A stretch of 64,000 nt of DNA from contig CM060732.1 in the NCBI GenBank assembly GCA_030704615.1, positions 37,200,001-37,264,000 of the forward strand, given 5' to 3'. Both the position numbers and the translations under genes were made by a program. The DNA comes from Takakia lepidozioides. Lineage: Eukaryota > Plantae > Bryophyta. The notes under the pieces were generated by a model that was not told the DNA's origin, ran no database searches, and worked only from the letters and a program-made list of their open reading frames with translations. How positions within the stretch are numbered: the stretch's first letter is position 1; the number at the start of each line of letters is the position of its first letter. Of this stretch, positions 37,151 to 50,200 are shown one piece after another.

Positions 37151-38309
37151 AAATCTTGAATGACCAAGATCCCGATGTCACACCCTTCTGAGAAGCCACT
37201 ACGCGTGCTTACAGTATACGAAGGCCTTGCCGTGTCAGGATTCGCATTCCCACGTCCCGCCATGTCCAACGCAACACTTGCATCCCTGTCTCTGCCAGGT
37301 GGAGGCAGCACGTATTAAAATATCTATTCCCCGAAGGCCACATTTTGTTTACCTCTTTTTGTGAAAGCCACGTCAGCAAATGTGCTGCCGAATCACGGGT
37401 GTAATGAATGCGCAGTGGTTCATGAAGTCGTTGAGTCGACTACATATTCACTTTAATGAATAAATATCTTTATTCCATTAATCGAATGAGGAATGAAAAT
37501 TTGTAGTCGCATGTGCAGTAATTACAACCACTTGTAAATTCGCTTTTTTCAAATTTTATGTATTTATGCAATTCATTAAATAGCCCGAAATTCTGCTACG
37601 ACTCCGGAGTCTTGACCCCACTTCCGTCCGCCGTCCGAAATGCCCCCGTGGGCCCACATTGTCTGTTTAGACACTCCAGTAGTCCCCTTTACTACGAAGT
37701 GGTTCCCGGAGTGGTGGCGGACAAACAATCGATTCGGAAAAGACGCGAATGCTTCTAGTGCATGTCTTCGTAGGTCAGCGTTCATGGCACCCTGGTAGAG
37801 GTTATTTTTTCCTCTTGTACTTCTGGGACGTTCTATGTCCTAATATATAAAAGCTGAGAGGCCTCCGTTCCTCATTAATTTAAAAATAAATAAATAAATA
37901 GAGCTGTTACTAATAATCAAAGCTGGTCATACTGCATACTCTCATCGACAATCTCTTTCATCCAGCAGCAGGACGCAATCAGTCATCCAAGTCCCACGCC
38001 CGATCCCCACCCTTGGATGCTGCCTGCCATGGCCACCAACTCAGCGACACTTGTCGGGACGCCAAAACTCACGGCTTCGCAGCCACAGAAATGGTTCGAT
38101 TTGCAGCCACCAGTACTCTGCGGTCCACAGCGCCGCTATATACATTAGTCAGAACTCAGTATTTACGAGCAAACCCTAACCGGGACAGGCGCGTAGCCGG
38201 TCAGATTGGGGCCCACCACCAACGAGCCACGCGTGGGGCTTCTTTATCGCTCCCGCGCTTCCACTTCACCGGCCTCGCCGGTCATGCCCCTAACCTCGTA
38301 GCTTAAACT

Positions 38310-38780
38310 TCATCCATGAAAACAAATCTCATCTCAGCGTTCATCCATGACCTCTTGTCGGCTAACCGGGATTTCAATATCATTTTTTACCCCCGCGAGG
38401 GGGGCCAATAATTCGTGCCCGTAGATCGCACGTCAGCCCGTCTCATTCCCGTCATACCAACACCAGGTATTATTATTCGGAGTGATTAGATGGATGAGCC
38501 TACTCTCATCCATCCACTGGACGATTATCGAGTGCGGATAGACTAGATTTTCTGATAACTTAGAGTGTACCCTAGAAATTAGGGCAAGAGAGAAATTTCA
38601 TCCACTGTAATCAAAGCGACAGATCCATCCTTGGATGAATTGAACAGAAGTTGTGTTCAGAAAGGACAACGTAACTCTCATCCGTCAGCTAGTCAGTACG
38701 TACCCCCGTATTCCGGGAATGGATGACAAACTGGTGTACGAGCGGCATGAGCAGATACATCTCTTTGGATGAGGATGCTC
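38310..38780. repeat. CATCC/GGATG palindrome cluster upstream of PIF
   Basis: ttcatccatga twice, ggatgagcctactctcatcc, atccatccttggatgaa, catctctttggatgaggatg. Confidence 0.55.
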
Positions 38781-38787
38781 ACGTGGC
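38780..38787 (+). promoter_or_regulatory. G-box/ABRE (CACGTGGC) upstream of the presumed PIF leader exon
   Basis: Exact motif; function untested. Confidence 0.35.
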
Positions 38788-41368
38788 CGGCATTCAAAGG
38801 CTTGATCCAACTTTGCGCCGTCAGCATCTTTGCCGCGGTTCGCCACAGGCCCTGGGATTCAGCGGGCCGCCCGCCGCCCTCCGAAACATTTTTCGGACAG
38901 CGGTGGGAAATATTGATCGCCGGGTGGCGGTCAAGGCGAGGGTCGTAGACTAGGCCTGACGGCACAGAGAGCTCTGCATGTCTCGTCTCGCTCGTCCGCA
39001 GCTCTGCTTTGCCATTTCTCGCCTGCAGTCATCGCATTCCTGCTGCTTGTTCCTGCTCGAGTGCTATGTTGATTGTGGTGGAGGAGAGGGATCTGAACAG
39101 TGGTGAGGTAAGGTCGTTCTTAGTTTCTTACGGGGAATGAAATGATGTGGTATGCGTGAATCCCGAATGCCTTGGCAGGGTTCGGCATGCTTGGGAGCAG
39201 GATAGAGGTTACAGAGGAAGGATGAGAGCTGGAAATGCTTGATGAGGAGAAGAGAGTGTGCTGTTGGCGTGGATAGGAAGATGCGCTGCGGAAATGAGGG
39301 CTCTGTGTGGTGGAGACTGGCTTGAATAGATCCCTGTCCAAGGTTCGGTCTCTTACCGCTTGCTTTGCTTTAGAGTATTGCATCTTTTATCCATTCGCAA
39401 GCTTGAAGGCTGTCATGGATTGCGTCTGCCTTCGTCAAAATGTTAACCGGGCTCACCACTTTGTCAAAGCTTCTTCTTTCCCTTGCCTAGTACATTTCTT
39501 CTTCTTTGAGCCTTTTGTTTGCGCATTTGTACTTGCCTTCCCTCTAATCATAATGCGTTCACCACCTTGTAGGGGTTGTTAGAGTGAAGTTGCAGCAGCA
39601 CAATCACCTCCTCATGTTGTAGTTTGATTTTTCTGAGTATGGTGTCCAAAATATAGTTTTTGAAGCGTACTGACGGGCCCGGTCTCTTTCTGGGTGCCTT
39701 CTGTGTATCATTGTACATTTCAGTAGTCTATGTGAGTATGGGGCTACCGCTCTTCACTGTGTGTCTCTACAGTTCTTGAGCTGTACCGAGGATAGGAGGG
39801 ACATTTTTTCTTGCAAACACGTTACTTTCAGTCGCCGGTGTCGCCGCTGCCTCTTAGTCAGGAAAGTTTAGGATATTCGTTTCACAAGAGCATTTTATTT
39901 GCTGTGATGTTAGGCTGTCTCTCCAAGTCAGGACAATGAAAATTCACATCTGCACATATGCGTATGTTTTATATCTTCAGATTGGGAAAGTCTGGGGTTG
40001 TCCGTCAACCTAGGAACCCGCTTCTGAACTTGGTTCTTGGCAACAACATGTAGTCTCTGACAATCTCACTAGCAGTTTTGAGCCTGCATCGTACCTCTCA
40101 GACTTGGAACCATTTGTCAAAGCTGTGAAGAGTTGCCACTCCCTATACAGAAACTGTACGTCAAGTTGCATGTAGGGCTATGTTCGGTTGGGAGAAAGTT
40201 TAGAGATGGAGTATCATGTAGGGGACAGTTTGTCCCGCAACTGAGCTCCCTCACCCGCATCTGGGGTATCTTTATTGGCACCACTGAGTGCTTATCCAAA
40301 AGTTGTCTGATTTGGATTTTATGAGTTCCTTCTGAGTTCTTGGTCTGGAGGACTGTGCTTGGTGTTATGTGCATGCATGGACTCGCAAAGTACATCTTAG
40401 TTTCCGAAGGAGGATTTATGTGCTCAGAGGATCTTAATTGAGGGCCGAAGTTCAGAATTTTGACATCAGTAAATGTCAGCAATGAACGACTAGCTTACTA
40501 GCTTGCAGATAGACTGTGCTTATCTCCTTTATTTGTGTGACTTGTGGTTCTTATTGGCTGGCATTGTGTCAGTTTGTCAGCCTTGAGAAGATATTGCTTA
40601 ATAGTTTCTTAGCACCTTCTTCAGTTCCACACTGTGCCTTGTTTTCCATGCCTTTTCTGCATAATGAAAGCCTGGAGGCCTGCTGTGTGCAACTGCGCCA
40701 GTGCAGAGGAGATACTCAGGGTACACATTGGCACTCAAATGTACCTCTGGAGAACCTAAGTGTTTGCAGGACCGTCTTGCAGGTTGTTCTTGTCTTTGCT
40801 TTGGGAAGAATCTCAAGAGGACGATCCAAATCCCAGTGTCAGGGCCCCTCTTGTCCTTATTTGGTGCGCCGATGATTTTTAGATGCTTTCAAACATTCAA
40901 GCTGTTTTAAACAAATACCACGTTTCAAGAGGTACGGCTGTACCAGGAAAAACAACTACCATGTATGAGTGTCTGATTCATTATAATCATTTTTTCATTG
41001 AAGAAGATTTTGTTCAGCTAGGTTGGGACAGTTCTGCTTTATGTCAGACCTTGTGTTTTCACGAAGATTCACCAGCCAGGCAGATGTATTTTGACATGTT
41101 CATCACAGGTTCAGTGTCTTGTACTTGATACCAGTATGTGGCTTGAAAGTTGATGGTGCAAGTGACCTTCTTTGCCAGTTATTTGAAGATCTGGACATGT
41201 CTCTTGGGTTGGGAACTTTTGGAGGGGGTCGGCTTGCATTGACTGGCCTCACCAACTAAGTTATTTTTCTATGGACATGTTTGTCAAGTAGATGCTTGAA
41301 TTAGTGTTTCATTCCAGAGCTGCCTGCCGGGAGGGTTTGATGAGTTTTTGGTGAAATTTTGGCAGATT

Positions 41369-44300
41369 ATGAGTCTTTGTGCTCCAGAGTGGGATAGAAG
41401 TGGCGAAGTACTAGATGCGGTCACTCCAACAAACTGTTTTTTTTCTGCGACGAAAGGAAAAGGGGATTCTGTCCATCAGAAAAGAGGCCAGCTTTTGCAC
41501 TTGGCCTTCGTGTAAGTCTTGCTTCTCTGTGTTTCTTGAGATGCATTGCTTGAATTTATGCCGAGGAGTATACTTCTGTTGAATAGTTTTAATGGAGGAT
41601 GCCTGAAGTGCACATGGGCTCTTATTTTTGCACTTCGGTGGTGTTTGCAGGCCGGGGCATGCCTGTGCAGAACCGTCCTGCACTGAGGATGGGCATGTAA
41701 CAATGCAGGGTCAAAGCAGCAAAGGGAGTAAATCACAGTGGCAGCTGAACTACTCCCCTCATTGGACCAATGGGCAAGAAACTGAAGAAGTGGTGGTTCC
41801 ATCAAAGCCTCCCACCCCTGGCAAGGATTCCATGCTGGAAGCGGTAGTGAATGAGACAGGTGCTGGAGCCCCGGCACCCTCTAACAACAATATCCAAGAT
41901 GATGAAATGGTGTCCTGGTTACAATATCCCCTCGATGATTCATTGGAAAGGAACTATTGCTCGGATTTTTTTGGAGAGCTGCCAAGTTCAAATATGCAGG
42001 TCTTGAAGGATTCGCTTGCTGTTGGCCAGGGAGTAGGCCGAGGTCAGCGGCTGCCTCTACCAGCCACTACAGGGAATGAGAATGTACCGAATAGGGCTAC
42101 GAGTGCTGAGGCTGCTATGGCATTAGGGGCTGGGCGTGCTGTGGGTCTAACATCACAGGCAGGGGCTGAGGCCTTCACCAAAGTGCGGACCCTGCACCCA
42201 GCAGTTGCTAAGGGGCAACCACACAGCCTCACTCCCAGCTCTTCCAAGGGCTTTGGTTTGTACCCAACTTTGGGCCCATCTCCCACAAGAAACTCTCCTC
42301 CAGCCACAGCTTCTATGCTTCCCCCCAAGTTGCAGCCAGTTGCAGCTACTAACAATGTGCCGTCTCCATCCAGAAAATCAGGCCCTATGAACTTTTCACA
42401 TTTTTCACAGCCGGCTGCAAGGATGAAAGCGAACCTCCATAGCATAGGAATGGCAAGCCCCCCACCCAACACACGTTTCAAGCAACATTCAGGGAAAAAC
42501 ATGGAGGCATGTACTTCTACAGGTTCCTCAATTGCTGAGTCAACCACAACAGGGAGGACTGCCATGGGACCTGGAAATGAAAATGAAATGAGTTTCCAGG
42601 GCCCAGACAGCCAGCCGGAAAGCTTGGGTGTAGAGTCAAGCTGGCCTGTAATGCCTAATCCAGTATCTAGAAAGGAGGAGGACCCAGCGATGTCTGAAGG
42701 AGAAGGTGTGGATGCCAAAAGCAAGCCCCCGGTACAAGATACCGGCCGATTATCTAGTGTGACAGGTAGTGCAGTATTAGCCTCCTCAGAGAAAGGGTTC
42801 TCTCAAGGAAGCGGAATCCCAGATCTGCAGGAGCCAACCATTACATCTTCTTCAGGTGGATCAGGCAACAGTGCAGAGAGGGCAACAGAGGCTGCAACAA
42901 GGAAGAAGAGGAGGACACGAGAGACTGAGGATACTGAATGCCAAAGCGAAGTAAGTTGCCATATGCTTTCTTTAGGTGTACAATCAGCACAATGTGCCCA
43001 CTCTATTGCTGTATCCTTGCATTGGCCACATACTAGATTTTTGTGTTGTTTTTGGACTGTTCGTGAGTTGACCTTGGCTTCCATCTGTGTACTGTTTTGG
43101 CCAATTGGTGTGTTCCTGCCCATGATACTCTACTTGTAGCAGGTCTTGCAGATAAACTGCAGAAAATTCTTGCTCAAGTACTGGCTATATCTCTCATGTA
43201 ATGCTCCATAATTGCTTACTTCTGTGCCACGCCACGTATATTACCCAACTTGGAAACTTGTGCAAGTGTTGGTTTGGTGCTGGTGTTCGTCCATTCCTCT
43301 GTTCCTTAATTGTTTAGTACATGCGTTTTAACCTCCACAGTGCTTCTGGAATCACTGGTTTCCCTGAGTGAGGCTGGTTATGAGCAGGTTCCTGAATGTT
43401 CCGAAGCAGGGATGATACTTTTGCTTTTGACTGGTTGTAGGATTGCCTTCTGCTTTGGTCTATGCAGTTCTGAGGAAAATTGTTGGTTATTATCTTGTCA
43501 GGATGGAGAAGATGGATCGGTCGACCTTAAAAAACCCCTACAGGGCCGTGGGAGCACAGCCAAGAGAAGTAGAGCTGCGGAAGTCCACAATCTATCTGAA
43601 CGAGTAAGCCTAACTCGCAAGTGTTTTGCTTTTCAGCTGGAAGTTAGCCCTGTGTGCTTTCTCTTGTACGGAGAATGATTATATGTAGTAAGAATTGACT
43701 TTCTTTACCTGTCTTGGTATAGCGGCGACGAGACAGAATCAACGAGAAGATGAAGGCCTTGCAGGAGCTTATTCCTAATTCTAATAAGGTGTGTACTTCC
43801 TCTTGTGACCCTGTCACTTATCTCAAACATGAGCATGTAGGCTACTTCCAACAGCCTGTTGCAATCATCCAAATTGTTTTTTGGAGCTAATCTAGAGGTC
43901 AAGTCACGTGGGTAGCTCCCATCTGCAATGAGCAATCATGTGTGCCACATAGGAAGTTATCCTTAAGCTCTAATTTGGACTAGTTTTTGTCTTTCCAGCA
44001 CCCACTGCCCTGTGGGTGTGGAGCACCAGCAGTTTGCCTTTCCTATGGCAGCTACTGCATCAGGAGAACCTTGCACTCGATTTGCGCTTTTTCAACTTTG
44101 GCAACTGTTTGTCATGGTAACAGCCCAATTGTCTCTTGCAACCACAATCAGATCCATAAAGGCCTTCTTGAGTAATGATGTGTTGGCATTTTAGACGGAC
44201 AAAGCTTCAATGCTTGATGAGGCTATCGAGTACCTCAAGATGCTTCAACTACAACTGCAGGTGTGGGTTTCTAAACTTTTGTTGCGTGAAATGGGGTTGG

Positions 44301-45612
44301 TAGTATCTATTTGGTACATTCTTTGTCTGAGAGTCAATCTTCTGATAGTTATTCTCATGTTGTCTTCAGAGATATCATGTGTTTCTGTGCAAATTTTTTG
44401 ATGCCATGGTTTATAAATTGTGCAGATGATGTCGATGAGAAGTGGGATGAGCATACCACCAATGGTCATGCCTGCAGGGATGCAACATCTTCAGGTTCCT
44501 CAAATGACGCCCATGCCTCCCATGGGCATGAGCATGGGAATGGGAATTGGCATGGGTATGATGGGGATGGGGATGGGTATGATGGACATGAGTGCAGCCA
44601 CATCAGGTAGAGCTGTGATTCCCATGCCATCCCATGCTGGGCCGTCTCATAATTCTGGTGTTCCGGGTGCCACAGCAAACATGAGTGATGTGCATGATCC
44701 CCGCATGCACAATGCAAATGTCATGGAGTCGTTGAATGCTTATATGGCTCGCCAGCACCAGTCCCTGCAAATTCCCCAGGTTAGTTTGAGTCTTGGTTAA
44801 ATAATGTAAACACTCCTGGCTGTTTCCTCCTGTATGAGATTTGGTATTTTGTATATTTGTTTGGGTGAGGGCCTGTTCACATGGACTTTGGTGTGTCACT
44901 TTAATTCTCACAGCAGTCAAAGTTTGAGGAAGAGGGTGGAAAATCAAACTCAGATGGCCATACTGTCTATAAGTAGCCCCGATGTAGTAAGAAGAGAATT
45001 TGAACTCAATGGTAATTCCTATTGTTTGACGGTGTTCGCATGTAGGTGTGATGACAAAGCCCCATGCCTATGCACGACAACAGAAACCTCCGTTGAATGC
45101 TCAAAACTGGAAACTCCTTCGAAAATTTGAAGTTTCACTTCTTTTGTATGGCAGTATGGTTGCATTGTGTTTTAATGCAGGGAGTGGAATTATTTTGTTA
45201 CACTCCTATAGAAAGTGACGTTGTATACATTCTACTTGGAGGCTGCATCTGCAAGCAAATTAGCCAGGTGTGGGGAAGTGACTGGATACTATGTGGGTAG
45301 CTTGGCCCCTGAAGATCTTCAGGGCAATTGGTGATGGGTGTAGGCCAGATCTGAGTTAGGTTGATGGGTGATGTCAGTACGTTTAGGACCATGGCCACAC
45401 AAGCAAAACACCTGTACTAAGGTTTAAACAACTTCACCCTGATATCTGACAGGACTATGTGGGGTGGATGCATGCAGCCTTTGACAATGGATATGTACAA
45501 TGCCTACATGTTGCATCAGCACCAGCTCCAACAACACCAGCATCAACACCAGCATCAGCACCATCACCACCACCATCAACCGGCAAATATTGGTGGTGGG
45601 CCACTTCAATAG
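41369..45612 (+). CDS. PIF: Phytochrome-interacting factor (bHLH)
   Basis: Exons 41369-41511, 41651-42950, 43502-43603, 43723-43788, 44195-44260, 44426-44779, 45478-45612, all GT-AG; MSLCAPEWD start, [22 protein letters not shown], b[53 protein letters not shown]. Confidence 0.95.
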
Positions 45613-47293
45613 CTAGTAAGCCCTTCACTGTTTTCTTATGTTGCTTGCTTTTTGGATTTCTTCCATATTATTTGTACAAGTTATCAATAGTTGTCAGCCT
45701 AGTATCACCTTTCCATGGATGGAAACAGTGTTCAAATAAATCAGTCCATCTTCCTCTGCGTGCACATGTCAGATTTCAGAGTAGGGCCTACCATGGAATG
45801 CCGCTCAGTGAAGTATTTTCTCTATAAGGTTTTCCTTTTCTGGCAGACTGCAGGTTACTGCAGATTGATCAACCACTGTCCAAAGTAGCGACCTAGTAGT
45901 GACCTGGTGTCCTGCATCCAACATCTGGAGTAACCAGCAACTTACGCATAGTGTTGATTTACCAATGCAACAGAATCTTTTCTTTCTCTATCATTGATCT
46001 CAGGGGAAGTGCTGTGGGATGTGGAAGGGTTTGCTGATCTACATCTTGGTATTGGCTATTGATGCAGGGGCACAAGGGAGGCAGGACAAGGTTTTCGATT
46101 TTGTAGTTAGGAAACTGTAAAACATGGTGTGACCATTTTAGAAGATTAACGTACAAACTTGACATGGACTTAAATGTCATTTCCATACCAGTTGTCTTGG
46201 AGTTGGCATAAGTTTTATTCTCAAGTGTTGTTGTTTCTCAGACTTCTGAGCACATTGAGAGCATTTTGGCTAGATGGGGGTACATGCGGCTTTGTGTACA
46301 AAAGTGTCCTACTTTGATGATCTATATGGCACATGGATTCATATCTAGAGAGTTCTCTTCAATGATGCTAAGAGTGTTGCAGACTTGGAAGGCAGGGAGG
46401 GCTAGTGCTTATCCTGCTCAGAGTCCTGCGAGGCATTGGACCAATCTAAAAAAATTCTTTCCAGGAGGTGGCATGTTTTGCAGGGTTTGTCAGCTCAGGG
46501 TGTGTCACACCTGCTGTCAGGTATAAAGTAGATGTGGTGATAGATTGAAGCCCTAGGAAGAGTTTGATTCTCATTGTGGAGGTTAGGTCGGCTGGAATTC
46601 AGCCATTTGTAAAGATTGTCATACCTTACATCATGCAAATTTGTTCACAGACTTTGTGTGCAAAAATGTCTACATACTGAGAGTGGTCTAAAGAGCTGTG
46701 CTTCCTGGAGAGAGAGCAGCTAAGTATTCGGGACAGCCACAATATCTGTGCTCCCAACTTATAGGCTACGTGGACTGAAGTTCTTGGGAGCACATATGTT
46801 GGAGGTGAGATTATAATTGTCATATCCTCCTACACTTTTAAGTACTGTTGACTATCTGGGAGAACATATACTGGAGGTGCACATGTGTCTGTCAAAACTT
46901 TGGCTCTGATTGGCAGGTAGGTGTGCTGTCAAGAATGGTTAAAGAGGTCGCCGCCGGCTGGTGACAAAGCCTAAGCTTAAGTTGAAAGTAGAGGTGGAGC
47001 AGAGAAAATGTAAGGGTGATGGAGTCAAGTTTCATGTACATATTGTGATTGGAAATTTGATCATAAACACAATTTAGCAGTCAACTTGCTGCACTGTTAA
47101 CTGACTGCTAGCTAAATGCTCACCAGGTCGCGTCAAGCTACTCAATGCACCACAACCAGCTACTATCTCGGAGGAAGCGTATTAATTTTACATATCACCC
47201 CTAAGATATTACATTGCATTTTTGGGATAGAAATGGGTTTCATACCATTTCCGTTCCATTGGCCATCTCTTGTCATCAGGCGACTGTCACTGC

Positions 47294-50200
47294 TTACTCT
47301 ATTTTCTTGCTCTTTTTTGCCGGTGGAGCATAGGCTGCGATCTGGGCACACACTATCCCATTGGTGAGGAGTCCAAGGAGACTTCCAACAAGCACTTTTC
47401 ATCTGTTAAAGACAAACATAATCTCCTAGTTGCCAAGATAGAACTGTAGGTTATGAGACTGCTCAAATGAGATAGAATTCTCCTCTTACTATCTTTAATC
47501 TTCTTTCTCTCTCTGTGATGCTCTGGCAGATTTCCGGCTTGATATTTTGGATCTACCATCTTAAGTATAAATATTGTCATGAGACTTAGTACCCAAACTA
47601 CTGAGCCCTTTCTCCCTAATGCTTCTACCACCCAGGGGACTGACAATTTGAGGTTTTGAGTCAAGTCCATGTTGCACAAAATGAAGTTCCTACTGGAAGT
47701 CAGAATTCACTATGGCTACATTTCCACCAGTGCGAAAGAGAGTATTAGTGGACAGTAGCTGCTACCAGATTCTTTCTTACAGCATATACCAGTAAGAACA
47801 AATGGAGCAGATAGCACAAGAGTTTTATGAGAACTGTGAGGATACTGCTGACAGGGGCTTGTTCTTGAATACTTGTGAAAGTTCGCACTGCATGAACAAA
47901 TGTATTCGAAGAAATTAGTGACAACACGACCACATGATAACCAAAGCTCAAAGAAACTTAGAATGAGAGAAAGAGACAGGTACGCACCAACACAGCCACC
48001 GAAGGCCATGAAGCAGGTCAGAAAACTCAATTGGCCTGTACTCTTGTTCTGCACATGTTTCCAAAAACCACCAAACAAATCAACCATGTTTTTTGTTGAT
48101 ACCAGTCTCGAAAGCAAATAGAAGCTTTTTTCCATGGAACTTCAGATTCACATCCATATATGTACTTTCAAGATATAAAGAAAACTAATTCTTTATTCTT
48201 CCAAAGAATGTACTCAGAAGTCTTTGTTTGCTGTAGCTTTGTGACCATTAAACCCACACCCAATTTATTCTTCCAAAGAGAAGAGAGAATGTACTCATAA
48301 GGTGTTGGTTGCCGTAGCCATGTGGTCATTGACCCTGCACCCACCTTGAGCGGAACACACAGGGACAGAAACTACCTTTGTCGGGGGCTTACACCGGTAG
48401 GACTTTGAGGAAGAGAGAGATTGTACTCATAAGACGTTGTTTGCCGTAGCCTTGTGGCCATTGACCCCGCGCCCAGTTTGAGCGGGAACAAAAGGGACAG
48501 AACCTACCTCTGTCGGGGCTGACGTTGTAGTAAGACTTACCTTCATATATAGAATTAATCCGGGTTTTCCAGATATCCTCTAGAAATCCCTTCACACAAG
48601 CATCAATCTGCTGTGTGTGATTTGCCCAAAAACTAGGCCTCAGGAGGGCCTGGGCTTTGAGGAAGAGAGAGAGAGAGAGTGAATGCACACCTGGAAGTTC
48701 TCGTATATTTGTGGTAGTCTGGCAAAAAAGAAGATGGCATGCTGACAAGCCTGATGCCAAATCAAATGCAAGTATAACTTTGAGTGCCATCGCATGGGGT
48801 CAGGTTTCCAGATCTAAAAATAATGCCCTTGTATCATGCAAGAGAAGGGGGAGCAACAATACGGCTTCTCATGTGCATAATTGAAAGATGACCTATCCTA
48901 GTACTTACGATTACCATTCCTTGCTTTAAGAACAACTTCATAATCTTGAATAAATATGTGAGAGACCAACTTTTGACAAAGAACTCTGCCTCATGATGTG
49001 GGTAGGCTTTTGTAGCAGCACTCAAAACATGATAAGCAGTGAACATCCTAGATCATTGATACATGATTCCCAAGAATCACAGCCATATGGGACCAAGTGA
49101 TTGTATCACCTAAACCAATACCATATTATGAGATAGACTAAGTTAGTCCCGTAGATAGAGAGCCCTCCACTATCAAAGGAAAGGTGGGAACAAATTGAAA
49201 GAGAGGACCACAAGTACAATAACATCAAGAAAATCAGAGACGCAGAGGCACTCACATATAAGGCCTCAAAGAGTGTAGGATCCAATTGACCCGCGAGTAG
49301 GGTTGGTGCAACAGCACAATAGCTTCGGATTGGATTAAGGGGACATTGAAAAAAAATATACCAGACATTCTACCATTAAGTGTTGGTGAACCAATTACTT
49401 GGAGAGAGAGGGGGGGACAGAATGTACTCATAAGACGTTGTTTGCCATAGCCTTGTGGCCATTGACCCCGTGCCCACTTTGAGCAGAACCTACACAGAAC
49501 CTACATTTGTCAGGGGCTGACGCTGGTAGTATGACTTACCTTGGAATAAACAATCGAGAGAGGGGGGGACAGAGATTGTACTCATAAGACGTTGTTTGCC
49601 GTAGCCTTGTGGCCATAGAGCCCCGCGCCCAGTTTGAGCGGGAACAAAAGGGACAGAACCTACCTCTGTCAGGGGCGGACGTTGGTAGTAAGACTTACCT
49701 TCATATATAGAATTAATCCGGGTTTTCCAGATATCCTCTGGAAATCCCTTCACACAAGCATCAATCTGCTGTGTGTGATTTGCCCAAAAACTAGGCCTCA
49801 GGAGGGCCTGGGCTTTTGGCTCAGCCTCGAGACTTTCAAAGTTGATAAACAGGGGTACAGGCACAATTCCCTTGATAGATTTGAAGAGAGCGTCTCTTTG
49901 GTGAGAGAACCCCGGACAGTGTATCAGAAAATGAATACTGTCTTCAGATTGCCCACACAACGGGCAATTGCACTCTCCCTTTCCTCTCTGCTTCTGTTTG
50001 CTGTTCAAAGGTAGGCTTCCTGCCCTGAGTTTAAATGCCGAGAGTGGGTAGACCCTTGAGGTCATCCAAGATGTCCTCCCCCATGTCACTGACTGGAAAC
50101 AAGTTCAGGGAAGTTTTCTGCCTAACTTCATTTTCATCAGACAATCTCATGGCAACAGACATGGCTTTGGACACTACAGCCTCTAAGTCAGATTTATCCA

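Noticed and set aside
42044-42724. 226-aa antisense ORF
   Set aside because: Shadow of the long PIF exon 2
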